DNA of 24,250 nucleotides from a virus (IMGVR_UViG_3300015370_000049:1-24250), one strand, 5' to 3'; shown: positions 15,616 to 24,250, counted from the first letter of the stretch. Made by a program: numbers and translations. The notes: generated by a model not told the origin, from the letters alone.

Positions 15616-15831
15616 ATGCAGATATCCAAAGCGTTCTGCCCGGAGACGCTCGCCAAGGTGAAGCGGTCCGCGCTCATCGCCCTCGGAGGCTTCGTCGTCT
15701 CCGCTCTCCCCATGCTCCTGCCTGACATCCTGAACGCGCTCGCTGGCCGTCCCATGCTTGCCGCGTTCATCGGTGCAGGGGCGACGTTCCTCGTGAACAC
15801 CGTCCGTGAGTATCTGAAAGGCAAAGACTGA
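15616..15831 (+). CDS. Putative holin-like protein (two TM helices)
   Basis: 71 aa, two hydrophobic helices and a charged C-terminus (REYLKGKD). Confidence 0.55.
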   Translation: MQISKAFCPETLAKVKRSALIALGGFVVSALPMLLPDILNALAGRPMLAAFIGAGATFLVNTVREYLKGKD

Positions 15832-15834
15832 CAT

Positions 15835-15894
15835 ATGCCTTGCGGAAAGAAGACGAAAGGCAAGAAGACCAAAGAGACGTCTAAGAAGAAATAG
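15835..15894 (+). CDS. Lys-rich micropeptide MPCGKKTKGKKTKETSKKK
   Basis: 19-codon ORF with TATG start that nearly fills the gap between two genes. Below the ORF-track size cutoff. Confidence 0.5.
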   Translation: MPCGKKTKGKKTKETSKKK

Positions 15895-15902
15895 CCGATA
15901 GT

Positions 15903-16892
15903 ATGCTCGAATCCTTGGCGCGGGCAATCTTCAGGGAAAAGATAAACGGCAAGACCGTATCCTTCGGGGGGCTACTGCGCCACGAGCCTGACGAGAGGGA
16001 TTATATCTATTCTGACCTCGGTGGATTCTTCGGCCCATACGTCCCGAAGCACGAGGTTTGGCGAGTGAAGACCTACCAGGTGAAGGACCAGACGCCGAAC
16101 AACACGTGTGTCTTCCATTCCTATGCGACGTGCAGGGAAGGACAAGAAGGCATCGAATTATCGCCGAAGTCCATCGTCGGATACGCCAGACGGCGCGGCC
16201 TCCTGCGCGGCAACGGGTTCTCGTCGCTTCGCAACGCACATAAGGCCGGTAAGGAATACGGAATCGCATCAGAAGCGATAGTCCCGAACACGAACGACCC
16301 GTGGTGGTCATATTCTGCGATGGTGGAGGATTCTGACGCCGAGGATCACCTTGAAGCGTCGTATTTCACGGTCTCCACTGCTGACGAGATGTTGAAAGCA
16401 CTCGATGACGGGAATGCCGTCCACACAGGCTTTACGTGGTATTCATCCTATAACGTCTCCGGCGGGCTGAGGTCCCCTTGGATACTCCCATGGCGTAGGG
16501 GGTGGAAGGTCGGCGGCCACGCTGTCGCCCTCGTCGGATATAATATACCGAAGGGGCTGTGGACGTTCAGGAACAGTTTTGGGCCTCAATGGGGGGATTC
16601 TGGTGACTTCTATGTCAGGATGCGGGACTTTCCGAGGTTCGGTGACAATGGATTCGTTTCCGTCGACATCGGAGACCCGACGAACCTCCACGCGTTCATC
16701 TCATCCTATGACGGGGACACGGTGAAATCGAAGGATTCTCCGTCCGTTTTTCGTGTTGAGGGTGGTAAGCTCCGTCCATACCTCACCCCGAGCGCGTTCT
16801 TCGCCGATGGCGGGTGCTTTATACCTCCTTCCTACACCGTGGTATCAAACGATTTTATAGAACGTGCCCCGAAGGGTGAACCTATCCTATGA
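15903..16892 (+). CDS. Papain-like cysteine peptidase (C1A-like) with C-terminal accessory domain
   Basis: VKDQTPNNTC (oxyanion Gln, catalytic Cys), GGHAVALVGY (His) and FRNSFGPQWGDSGDFY (Asn). Confidence 0.9.
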   Translation: MLESLARAIFREKINGKTVSFGGLLRHEPDERDYIYSDLGGFFGPYVPKHEVWRVKTYQVKDQTPNNTCVFHSYATCREGQEGIELSPKSIVGYARRRGLLRGNGFSSLRNAHKAGKEYGIASEAIVPNTNDPWWSYSAMVEDSDAEDHLEASYFTVSTADEMLKALDDGNAVHTGFTWYSSYNVSGGLRSPWILPWRRGWKVGGHAVALVGYNIPKGLWTFRNSFGPQWGDSGDFYVRMRDFPRFGDNGFVSVDIGDPTNLHAFISSYDGDTVKSKDSPSVFRVEGGKLRPYLTPSAFFADGGCFIPPSYTVVSNDFIERAPKGEPIL

Positions 16893-18706
16893 AACCATTG
16901 AAGTATTATGCCAGGTTCGTATTACCAGCCCTAGCTGTCCTCGCAGTCATCATCGGTAGTCACGTCTTCCGTAGTCTAGACTTCGGATACGCTGTAGCGA
17001 CCGACTACGAGAAGAGCCTGTCTGCCCCGATGACGGCTGACCAGACGTTCGTGCCTGTCACGTCGCTTTCGATGAAAGACGGGACGACACTCGCTATGTC
17101 GAATTTGGGAGATAGGGTATTCCTCACCATCGAACCGGGCAAGGACAAGATGGAAATCGTGATGTGTGCGGGCATCTCAGAGTCTCTCCTGCGGTTCACC
17201 GGGTGCACGCGCGGTCTTGCTTTCACTGGTGCTTCCACGGCGGCAGTCGCGGCGAACGGCAAGACGCATTTCTCCGGAAACAAGGTCGTCATGTCGAACG
17301 TCCATTACGTCTATCAGCAGTTCCTGGATAGGAATGGTTCGACGCAACATGTGACGTCTACGGTCATCTTCAATACGTTACCGCAGGCTTCATCGTCCGG
17401 CGTACTCCCGACCTCTGCCGCGCAGTTCGCGACGAAAGCATACGCGGATTCGTTGACCATCGCCGGTGCCGCTCCTTCCACGACGAAGGGCATGGCTATT
17501 GATAGCGATTCCACGCTCTACATCAACGCATCGAGCACGGATTCGTTCAATGGCGGCTTCCTCTCGTTCGGCACGGCTGTCTCGAACCTCGGACAGCTCT
17601 ACTTCGACGCCGTTTCATTCTTGGCGAAGGCTTGGACGTGGGTGGGGCTTCAGACATTCGGTGGTGGTGCCATCTTCAGTGGCAATTCCACGTCTACAGC
17701 TTCACACTTCGAAGTTCCTACGCCGACGGCTCCGAATGACGTGGCGAACAAGAATTACGTCGATGTTCTCGCACCGGATGCTTTATATGGTGACGGTTCG
17801 GATGGTGCTACAACGACCGCCGCAAATTTGACCCTCACACGGGATATGTATTTCACGACAATGGTTGTGAATAACGGCGTAACCGTGACGACGAATGGAT
17901 ACCGAATCTTTGCGACTGTTTCCATCGTAAACAACGGTTCAATCGTGAATAACGGAATTACTGGAAACGCTGGCACATCCGCAGATGATGGCGTTGGGCC
18001 ATTCGCCGGTGGTGTCACGAGTACCGCACCAACCGCAGGAACGATGCCGGGGGGTGTCGTGGGCAATCAGGGTGGTTATAGCGGGACTAGCGTGGGTGCT
18101 GGTCAGGCCGGAATCGCCGGAGGCATTGTCAACTTCGCTGTTGGTACCTCAACAGGTGCGGCGGGTGGTATCGGTAGTGCATCCCCAGACGGAGGAGGCG
18201 CGGGAGGTGGTGCTGGTGCGGCCGGAACGGTCAATATGACAACGGGACGCCTCCCAAGGTCATACGGTTATGCATTCCTACTCTTTGAGCCTACATCTAC
18301 GGCTTTTGCACCATTCCATGTTACCGCTCCAAAAGCAGGTGGGGGTGGCGGGGGCGCGTCAGAACAGTCTAACCAAGGTGGCGGTGGCGGTGGTGGTGGG
18401 TCGTCAGGTGGATTCTTGATGCTCGCGTCTCCCATCATCACAAATGCAGGTATTATTTCAGCCAATGGAGGTGTCGGCGGTGCTGGCGGTGCAGGATTTA
18501 GCGCGGCGGCTGATAACGGCGGTGGAGGCGGTGGAGGAGGAGGCGCGGGTGGTGTTGTCATCCTTATCTACCGAACACTCACGACTGGCACGATTACTGC
18601 TTCTGGTGGTGCTGGTGGTGCGGCTGGAATAAACAGGGAAAAAGCCACAGGAAATACAGCGGGAAGTGCCGGTGCTGTCGGGACGATATACCGCATAAGC
18701 AGATAA
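16889..18706 (+). CDS. Tail-fibre-like protein with N-terminal TM segment and Gly-rich C-terminal domain
   Basis: Hydrophobic residues 10-22, FTGCTRG module, ATKAYAD and ANKNYVD fibre motifs, YGDGSDG followed by poly-Gly runs. Confidence 0.7.
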   Translation: MKPLKYYARFVLPALAVLAVIIGSHVFRSLDFGYAVATDYEKSLSAPMTADQTFVPVTSLSMKDGTTLAMSNLGDRVFLTIEPGKDKMEIVMCAGISESLLRFTGCTRGLAFTGASTAAVAANGKTHFSGNKVVMSNVHYVYQQFLDRNGSTQHVTSTVIFNTLPQASSSGVLPTSAAQFATKAYADSLTIAGAAPSTTKGMAIDSDSTLYINASSTDSFNGGFLSFGTAVSNLGQLYFDAVSFLAKAWTWVGLQTFGGGAIFSGNSTSTASHFEVPTPTAPNDVANKNYVDVLAPDALYGDGSDGATTTAANLTLTRDMYFTTMVVNNGVTVTTNGYRIFATVSIVNNGSIVNNGITGNAGTSADDGVGPFAGGVTSTAPTAGTMPGGVVGNQGGYSGTSVGAGQAGIAGGIVNFAVGTSTGAAGGIGSASPDGGGAGGGAGAAGTVNMTTGRLPRSYGYAFLLFEPTSTAFAPFHVTAPKAGGGGGGASEQSNQGGGGGGGGSSGGFLMLASPIITNAGIISANGGVGGAGGAGFSAAADNGGGGGGGGGAGGVVILIYRTLTTGTITASGGAGGAAGINREKATGNTAGSAGAVGTIYRISR

Positions 18707-18708
18707 AT

Positions 18709-19725
18709 GTGTCATTCCTCGACCTGTTCGCTAAGCCAACGATGACGGGGTACGTCAACGACGACGCGCAGTGGCTCCGTGCGCTTCCGAAGCATGACGT
18801 GTTCGCTGGAGGGCTTGATGATACCCCTGACTGGACATCCCTCGCCCCTCGTTTCAAGGCGCAGGAGTCCACGATGATGTGTACGGCGTTCGCCGGATGC
18901 GCGGTGGCTTCGATGCTGGAAAAGAAAGAGACGGGACGGAGCGTGGCGTTCTCCCCTATCGAGCTGTTCGCACGCTCTCACGGTTCCAACCTCGGCAACA
19001 CAGTGCAGAACACCATCAATGCAATGGCTGGTGGGCTGACGAAAGAGGAAGACTGCCCGTGGGTCACTCCCGTAGGATGGTGGGACCCGTTCGTGGTCAA
19101 GCTCTATGGGGCATACGCAGAAGCGTCCGCGAAGGTCGATAATACTTTTGCCATCCGTGGGGCGACCTACGTCACGCCGACGCATGAAGCCATCCGTGCC
19201 GCGCTCATCCAGTCTCCGGTCTACGCAATCGTGAACGTCGGACGCGGATACTTCGACAACCCCGCACCAGCCACATCCTATGGTTCAGCCCATGCGGTCA
19301 TCATCACGGACGTCGCAGATGACGGGAAAATCCGCATCTTCGATTCTCTCACGCAGGGTTCGTATGGATACGACGGTTTCCATTGGCTCTCTCCCTCGTT
19401 CCCCATCCTCTACGCCTTCGGAATCATGGACCTGCCGGATGGTTGGGAAGTGAAGCAGGAGACGGAGATGCAGAAGGTATATCGTCGGTGCCTCATCGAG
19501 CGGTATGGACAGTATGAGAGCGCGGCGAAGGAACGTGCGGCGAAGGAAGCGTTGGCGGTCGCACGGGCGAAGATTCCGACCTATGCGGCGTTCCTCGACG
19601 GGTTGTGGGACGTGTATGTGAACGCCATTGCATATGGCGGTTACTCCGTTCAGGACGTGCTGAACCACATAACTTCAATCCGGCGCGGTAAAGGACCGAT
19701 ATTCGATTTCAACCGTACAAAATAG
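18709..19725 (+). CDS. Second papain-like cysteine peptidase (divergent, Cys-His-Asp)
   Basis: PDWTS...KAQESTMMCTAFA, FSPIELF, AHAVIITD and IFDSL (Asp at the usual Asn position). GTG start. Confidence 0.75.
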   Translation: MSFLDLFAKPTMTGYVNDDAQWLRALPKHDVFAGGLDDTPDWTSLAPRFKAQESTMMCTAFAGCAVASMLEKKETGRSVAFSPIELFARSHGSNLGNTVQNTINAMAGGLTKEEDCPWVTPVGWWDPFVVKLYGAYAEASAKVDNTFAIRGATYVTPTHEAIRAALIQSPVYAIVNVGRGYFDNPAPATSYGSAHAVIITDVADDGKIRIFDSLTQGSYGYDGFHWLSPSFPILYAFGIMDLPDGWEVKQETEMQKVYRRCLIERYGQYESAAKERAAKEALAVARAKIPTYAAFLDGLWDVYVNAIAYGGYSVQDVLNHITSIRRGKGPIFDFNRTK

Positions 19726-19726
19726 T

Positions 19727-20914
19727 ATGTCGACTCCTCTCTCATATCTGATAACGCGGTTGAACTTTTGGACGCCGATACTCACGAAGGACGACGCATT
19801 GAAGGTGAACGCACTCGATTCCGCCATCCGTGACCTGCGAAGGAGCTTGAACCCGCAGTGGACGCTGAAGAAGACGACGCTCCGAATCTTCTCTGACGTA
19901 TTGGAATATCCGCTGGCGACAGACCACGCGGCTCTTGCAATCTTGGATTCGAATGACCAAGATAAGCCGTTTGGAGACAGGCCGCGCTACGTCTTCACGT
20001 CGATTCGTGATTTCTACGAAGACCCGACATATAGGAACGACGTGGCGGAGATATGGAACAACGGGACGAAATATCTCGGTGTACGCAACACGTCCGAAGA
20101 CGATATGGGTTCCACGACCGTGGATGAACCTGCGACAGCAACCGACTACACGGTCTCAGGTGATGGCGGTACCCCCGTCATCGATTCCGTCTTCTTCAAG
20201 ACGGGTTCCACGTCCGTCAGGATTCCTATCACGGCGTCTTCTGGCACGTTCACGGTCACGGACACTCCAGGAACGGTGCGGGACACCAATTACAAGCGGT
20301 CGTATTACTTCCGCTGGGTGTACTTCGATTCCGCGCCGACTTCCGTCACGCTCAAGTTCGGTGCCGATGCATCGAATTACCTAGAGGCGACCATCACGGC
20401 GCAGTTCTCAGGCTCCCCGTTCGTCGCTGATGATTGGAACTTGCTCGCGTTCGACCTCAACACGGCCACCGAGACGGGGACAGTCACAGGGACGTTCGCC
20501 TACGAGAGCATCGCAGTCGTGGGGCATGGTACGGGCAACTTCTACATGGACGCCTCGTACATGAAGAGGTGGAAACTTCAAGACTACTGGTATTATTCGT
20601 CCTACAACGTCTCGAACGCCGCCGGCACTTCATCTTCCGTCTACTTCGCGGAGGATGGGACGACCTACACGGGGACGGACGTCCTGCTCGGGGACTCGAA
20701 ATATCATGATGTCATCATTTATCAAGCATGCGTCTATCTCCTGGCTGACAGCAAGGAAGAAGTCCTCAAACAAGAGGTAAAAGGATACGCGAATGCGGCA
20801 TATAAGGAATTACAGCGTGACTATCCAGACCTCTCCCTCGTCATGACGACGAATTATTTCCGCTTCCAGACGGATTATCAAAACGAGATGGGTTTCCCAG
20901 ACGCCAGCATATGA
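19727..20914 (+). CDS. Putative head-tail adaptor (tail tubular A-like) with inserted beta-sandwich domain
   Basis: Helical N-terminus with EYPLATD and C-terminal YHDVIIYQAC, as in podovirus-type adaptors. Lies directly before the nozzle-like gene. Confidence 0.55.
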   Translation: MSTPLSYLITRLNFWTPILTKDDALKVNALDSAIRDLRRSLNPQWTLKKTTLRIFSDVLEYPLATDHAALAILDSNDQDKPFGDRPRYVFTSIRDFYEDPTYRNDVAEIWNNGTKYLGVRNTSEDDMGSTTVDEPATATDYTVSGDGGTPVIDSVFFKTGSTSVRIPITASSGTFTVTDTPGTVRDTNYKRSYYFRWVYFDSAPTSVTLKFGADASNYLEATITAQFSGSPFVADDWNLLAFDLNTATETGTVTGTFAYESIAVVGHGTGNFYMDASYMKRWKLQDYWYYSSYNVSNAAGTSSSVYFAEDGTTYTGTDVLLGDSKYHDVIIYQACVYLLADSKEEVLKQEVKGYANAAYKELQRDYPDLSLVMTTNYFRFQTDYQNEMGFPDASI

Positions 20915-22806
20915 AGAGATTCCTCGCGCTCTTGGCAATCGTCTCGCTCATCGGGAGCGGATGCGTTTCGGATTCTCTTGGGACTTCGGAGTCCGGGGCT
21001 GTCTGGATTCCATTCGAGGAGTTCCAAGGATACTACACGAAGCGCGGGGCCGATAAGGTACCGGACGGGGCGTCCCCGAACGGCCAGAATACCAGCGCGA
21101 ACTACGGAGACCGCATCAGCATACGGCAGGCGGGCTACGACATCTTCCCGGATTCCGATCCGGCTTCTGCGACAACCACCGGCATCGGTACGATGCACAC
21201 GTTCCGTCGTAGGGACGGGGTGAGTATCCTCATGCGTGCGGCTTCCTCGACCTTGGAATGGTACGATTCTCATGGAGAGGATTGGGAGACCCTCAAGACA
21301 GGTTACGCTTCGGATGACTTCGGGTTCGCGGACAACGACGTGAACACCGACAAGGAGAGCTATACGTATTTCGGCAATTCCTACCAGCCGTTCTCTCGAT
21401 GGACGGGCGATAGGACGTACCTCACGGCCACGGTCGCATCCGGTGCCGTCACGCTGAGCGTGGCCGATACGTCAGGGTTCCCTGCTACCGGGTCTATTTC
21501 ATACTGCGGTACCGAACAGGCGTACTCCGGAAAGACTGCCACGTCGTTCACGGTCGCGTCTGCCGTCGATTGCCCAACCGACAGGGGTGTCGCACAGGCC
21601 GTCGAGACGTTCAGCGACATGACGACGTATCCGAGGGGTAATATTTATCTCTTCGCCGACAACAGGCTCTGGATTGCTGGCACTACCTCAACGCCTGAAC
21701 GGGTCTACTTCTCCGGGTATGGCACGTCCACGCAATTCGACTTCGACACGCTCGTCAATTCTTCGACCGCCGCTGACCCCGGCCTCTTCAACCTCGCGGA
21801 AGGCGGCGGGAAGGTCACAGCCATGGTCATGGACGAGGGGTCGATCTACGTCTTCAAACGTTCCATCATCTACAAGGCGACGCTCACGGACACGTTGTAT
21901 TCTGTCGTCCCGTTGAAGTCGTTCGACCAGAAGGGGCAGACTATGGGTGCCGTGAACAAACGGAGCACATTCTCCGCGACGAATGGCGTCACGTTCATCA
22001 CTCCGGACAATCAGATAATGCTCTTGCAACGCGTCGAGACGATTGATTATCCGCAGAACACGCCGATTTCGGATTCCATCTCCCCGACCGTGGCGGGGTT
22101 GGATTTTTCCTCATCCACAGGTATCACGTTCCGCGACAAGGAGTACATCGCCTGCAAGAGTTCGACGGATTCCACCTTCAACGATACGGTGCTCGTCTTC
22201 AATCTCTCGACGGGCATGTGGGACACTCCCATCGTGGGGTGGAACGTAGGGGATTGGGCCATCTACGAGGATGGAGGTAAAGAGAAACTGTTCTTCTCGA
22301 ATGGCACGTCGCTCGATACATACGAGGTCTTGGGAGTCCCGATCGATTCCTCATACGATACGGTCGCCTCTTGGAGGACGAAACAGTACTCCTTCGGCGT
22401 CCCGACTGGTCTCAAATACGTAGAGAACGTCTACATCGAGGGGTACATCGCTAAGAATACGACTCTCACGATTTCCTTGCTCTTGGACGAGGACGGATTC
22501 ACGCAGACATACTCAACGACGCTCTCTGGCGAGGAGTCCGCCTACATCTACGACTCGTCAGAGTACAACGTAATAGGACTTTCCCCATTCGGCACTCGTA
22601 GGTTCGGCTCGAACGAGGACATCTCCGGTAAGAAGAAGTTCCGCATCTACTTAGGTAAGGACTTCCGACAGGTTCCAGCCTATGCTGCTCAGCTCGAATT
22701 CGCTTCCGACGGTCAGAATCAGGATTGGGAAGTTGACGGGTATGCTTTCCTCGTGAGGAACGCACCGGTACCAGAAAAGCGCGAACTCTTCAAATCCTTC
22801 AAATGA
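20911..22806 (+). CDS. Putative tail nozzle/stabilisation protein (tail tubular B / P22 gp10-like) carrying a lipoprotein signal peptide
   Basis: Beta-propeller-like motifs (NRLWIAG...VYFS, IYVFKRSIIY, NDTVLVFN, WRTKQYSFG...K), 631 aa, between adaptor-like and ejection-like genes. N-terminus MKRFLALLAIVSLIGSGC. Confidence 0.65.
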   Translation: MKRFLALLAIVSLIGSGCVSDSLGTSESGAVWIPFEEFQGYYTKRGADKVPDGASPNGQNTSANYGDRISIRQAGYDIFPDSDPASATTTGIGTMHTFRRRDGVSILMRAASSTLEWYDSHGEDWETLKTGYASDDFGFADNDVNTDKESYTYFGNSYQPFSRWTGDRTYLTATVASGAVTLSVADTSGFPATGSISYCGTEQAYSGKTATSFTVASAVDCPTDRGVAQAVETFSDMTTYPRGNIYLFADNRLWIAGTTSTPERVYFSGYGTSTQFDFDTLVNSSTAADPGLFNLAEGGGKVTAMVMDEGSIYVFKRSIIYKATLTDTLYSVVPLKSFDQKGQTMGAVNKRSTFSATNGVTFITPDNQIMLLQRVETIDYPQNTPISDSISPTVAGLDFSSSTGITFRDKEYIACKSSTDSTFNDTVLVFNLSTGMWDTPIVGWNVGDWAIYEDGGKEKLFFSNGTSLDTYEVLGVPIDSSYDTVASWRTKQYSFGVPTGLKYVENVYIEGYIAKNTTLTISLLLDEDGFTQTYSTTLSGEESAYIYDSSEYNVIGLSPFGTRRFGSNEDISGKKKFRIYLGKDFRQVPAYAAQLEFASDGQNQDWEVDGYAFLVRNAPVPEKRELFKSFK

Positions 22807-22807
22807 T

Positions 22808-24250
22808 ATGCCATTCGACCTGACAAAGACCCCATACACGAAGCAGACCCCGTATGACACGTCGGGAGGTTCGACGAGCATATCGAAGCCGCCTGACGTG
22901 ACGGCCACAGCCGCGAGGACGTCTACGGCTGCGACTCCGACGTCTCCGTCTCCAGTCCCATCTTCAACGTTCGCATACTCAAGCCCGATGTCTCCGGCTT
23001 CTGGTCCGATGTCGTCTCTTCTGTCTCCGACGAACGTCGTTTCGTCCTCGAAGCCTGTCACGCAACAACGGAATGCCGTCAGACAGCAAGCGACGGAGAC
23101 CGTAAAAGCGTTGGAATCTGGAACGACCATCCCCCAGACGACGACCACCGTACCGTCCGTTCCTTCCGTCGTCGTTCCGGCGTCTCAGGACCAGAACAAG
23201 ATAAGCGCAGAACAGACCCTCGCGAACCAGACTGTCGTAGACGCTTCAAGGGGTACTCCCGGCGTCATCCAACAAGGCGCGAATGGATATTCTGCAGTGA
23301 CTGGAGCCGGTGATGCACAGTCGCAAGCGTTCCTCGACCTGCAGAAAGGCCGAGAGGCACAAACCGCCACCACTCAAGAGAACATTCGACGCATGAATGA
23401 TGCGGCGACCGCTTCTGGTGTGTCTGCCTATTTCGACGCGGACGCTGGGGTCTGGGTCAATTCAGAGACAGGTCTCCCGCAGAAACCAGCATCGACAGAA
23501 CCCCTCCTGAACGACCCCAAATGGGGGCAGACGAGGGGCGGCCTCATCGTGAACAACGACAAGGGGTACTACGGCCTCACCATCGGACAGGCACAAGCCA
23601 TCGAAGACGCAGAAGCGAAGGCACGGAAGCCGTACCAGGAAGCCATCAGCGACACGGAAGAAGACAAAAAGCAGGGCATGGCGACATCGCTCATACGCGG
23701 TGGGCAGGCAGGCGGTCTGCTCTCCACGCAGATTTCTGGTCGTGCGGCGAAGGATAAAGGGACGACGTGGGTCGGGGCCGGAGGCACGATGGAGCGCCTG
23801 CAGAAGGAATACGACACGTCCATCGCTCGTCTAAAGGAACAGGAGCAAGAGGCTGCGATGAAGGCACGGAATTATGCGATGGGCGCCGCACGCACGGGCG
23901 ATGCTCAATATCTTGATGCCTCGAACGCCGCACAACGCTCCCTCGATGGGGCGAAGGCGAAGCGTGCCGAGGCAGAGACGAGCATCTCGAAGCAGATGGA
24001 GGAATTGCAGAAGATTCGGAAGCTTGAGATGGCAGAACCTTCCGACACGTTGAATGCTCTCGCCGCGAGCGGGTACGAGCTGGATTCAATCCCAGAGGCG
24101 TACCTTGAGGACTTGGATGCCCAATTCGTACAGGCCGGGATGCCTCCGGGGTTTTCCTCGATGTATTTCTCCACGCTGAAGAAGGACGCCGCCGCGAAGG
24201 AGATTACGGACCTGAACGTTCGTCAGAAGGCAGAGATGGAGAACATGAAG
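22808..24250 (+). CDS. Partial large protein, probable internal virion/DNA ejection protein
   Basis: ATG at 22808 (TGA-T-ATG), open to the window end (481 codons), so absent from the ORF track. Ser/Thr/Pro-rich N-terminus, then A/E/Q/K-rich helical region. Confidence 0.65.
   Translation, partial: MPFDLTKTPYTKQTPYDTSGGSTSISKPPDVTATAARTSTAATPTSPSPVPSSTFAYSSPMSPASGPMSSLLSPTNVVSSSKPVTQQRNAVRQQATETVKALESGTTIPQTTTTVPSVPSVVVPASQDQNKISAEQTLANQTVVDASRGTPGVIQQGANGYSAVTGAGDAQSQAFLDLQKGREAQTATTQENIRRMNDAATASGVSAYFDADAGVWVNSETGLPQKPASTEPLLNDPKWGQTRGGLIVNNDKGYYGLTIGQAQAIEDAEAKARKPYQEAISDTEEDKKQGMATSLIRGGQAGGLLSTQISGRAAKDKGTTWVGAGGTMERLQKEYDTSIARLKEQEQEAAMKARNYAMGAARTGDAQYLDASNAAQRSLDGAKAKRAEAETSISKQMEELQKIRKLEMAEPSDTLNALAASGYELDSIPEAYLEDLDAQFVQAGMPPGFSSMYFSTLKKDAAAKEITDLNVRQKAEMENMK

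Noticed and set aside
1-24250. Stop-codon reassignment (code 25 or code 15), tRNA genes, diversity-generating retroelement
   Set aside because: TGA, TAG and TAA all end genes at tight junctions and conserved genes are uninterrupted. No tRNA cloverleaf with a T-loop consensus, reverse transcriptase or adenine-variable repeat pair was seen.

Overview
A roughly GC-rich segment of a tailed dsDNA phage or prophage (Caudoviricetes, podovirus-like layout) with every credible gene on the + strand in the standard genetic code. Order: end of a recombination module (PD-(D/E)XK exonuclease, 3D-domain protein, RusA-like resolvase, small Cys/His proteins), a ~700 nt non-coding highly structured region, HNH endonuclease, terminase small and large subunits, putative portal, scaffold-like proteins, a GT-A glycosyltransferase, decoration-like protein, major capsid protein, a beta-helix protein, fibre-like proteins, holin-like membrane proteins, two papain-like (C1) cysteine peptidases, tail adaptor-like and nozzle-like proteins, and the start of a probable ejection protein. 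Several cues suggest a Patescibacteria (CPR) host; this is inference. The two most unusual observations are (i) four virion-module proteins with N-terminal export or membrane-anchor signals, including a lipobox on the nozzle-like protein, each followed by a [FLV]-G motif and encoded beside two papain-like peptidases, and (ii) several long G-U-rich structured non-coding RNAs, the largest (~550 nt, with its own promoter) directly upstream of the HNH gene. All assignments come from motif reading and gene order, and all pairings were found by eye; no database search or folding program was run.
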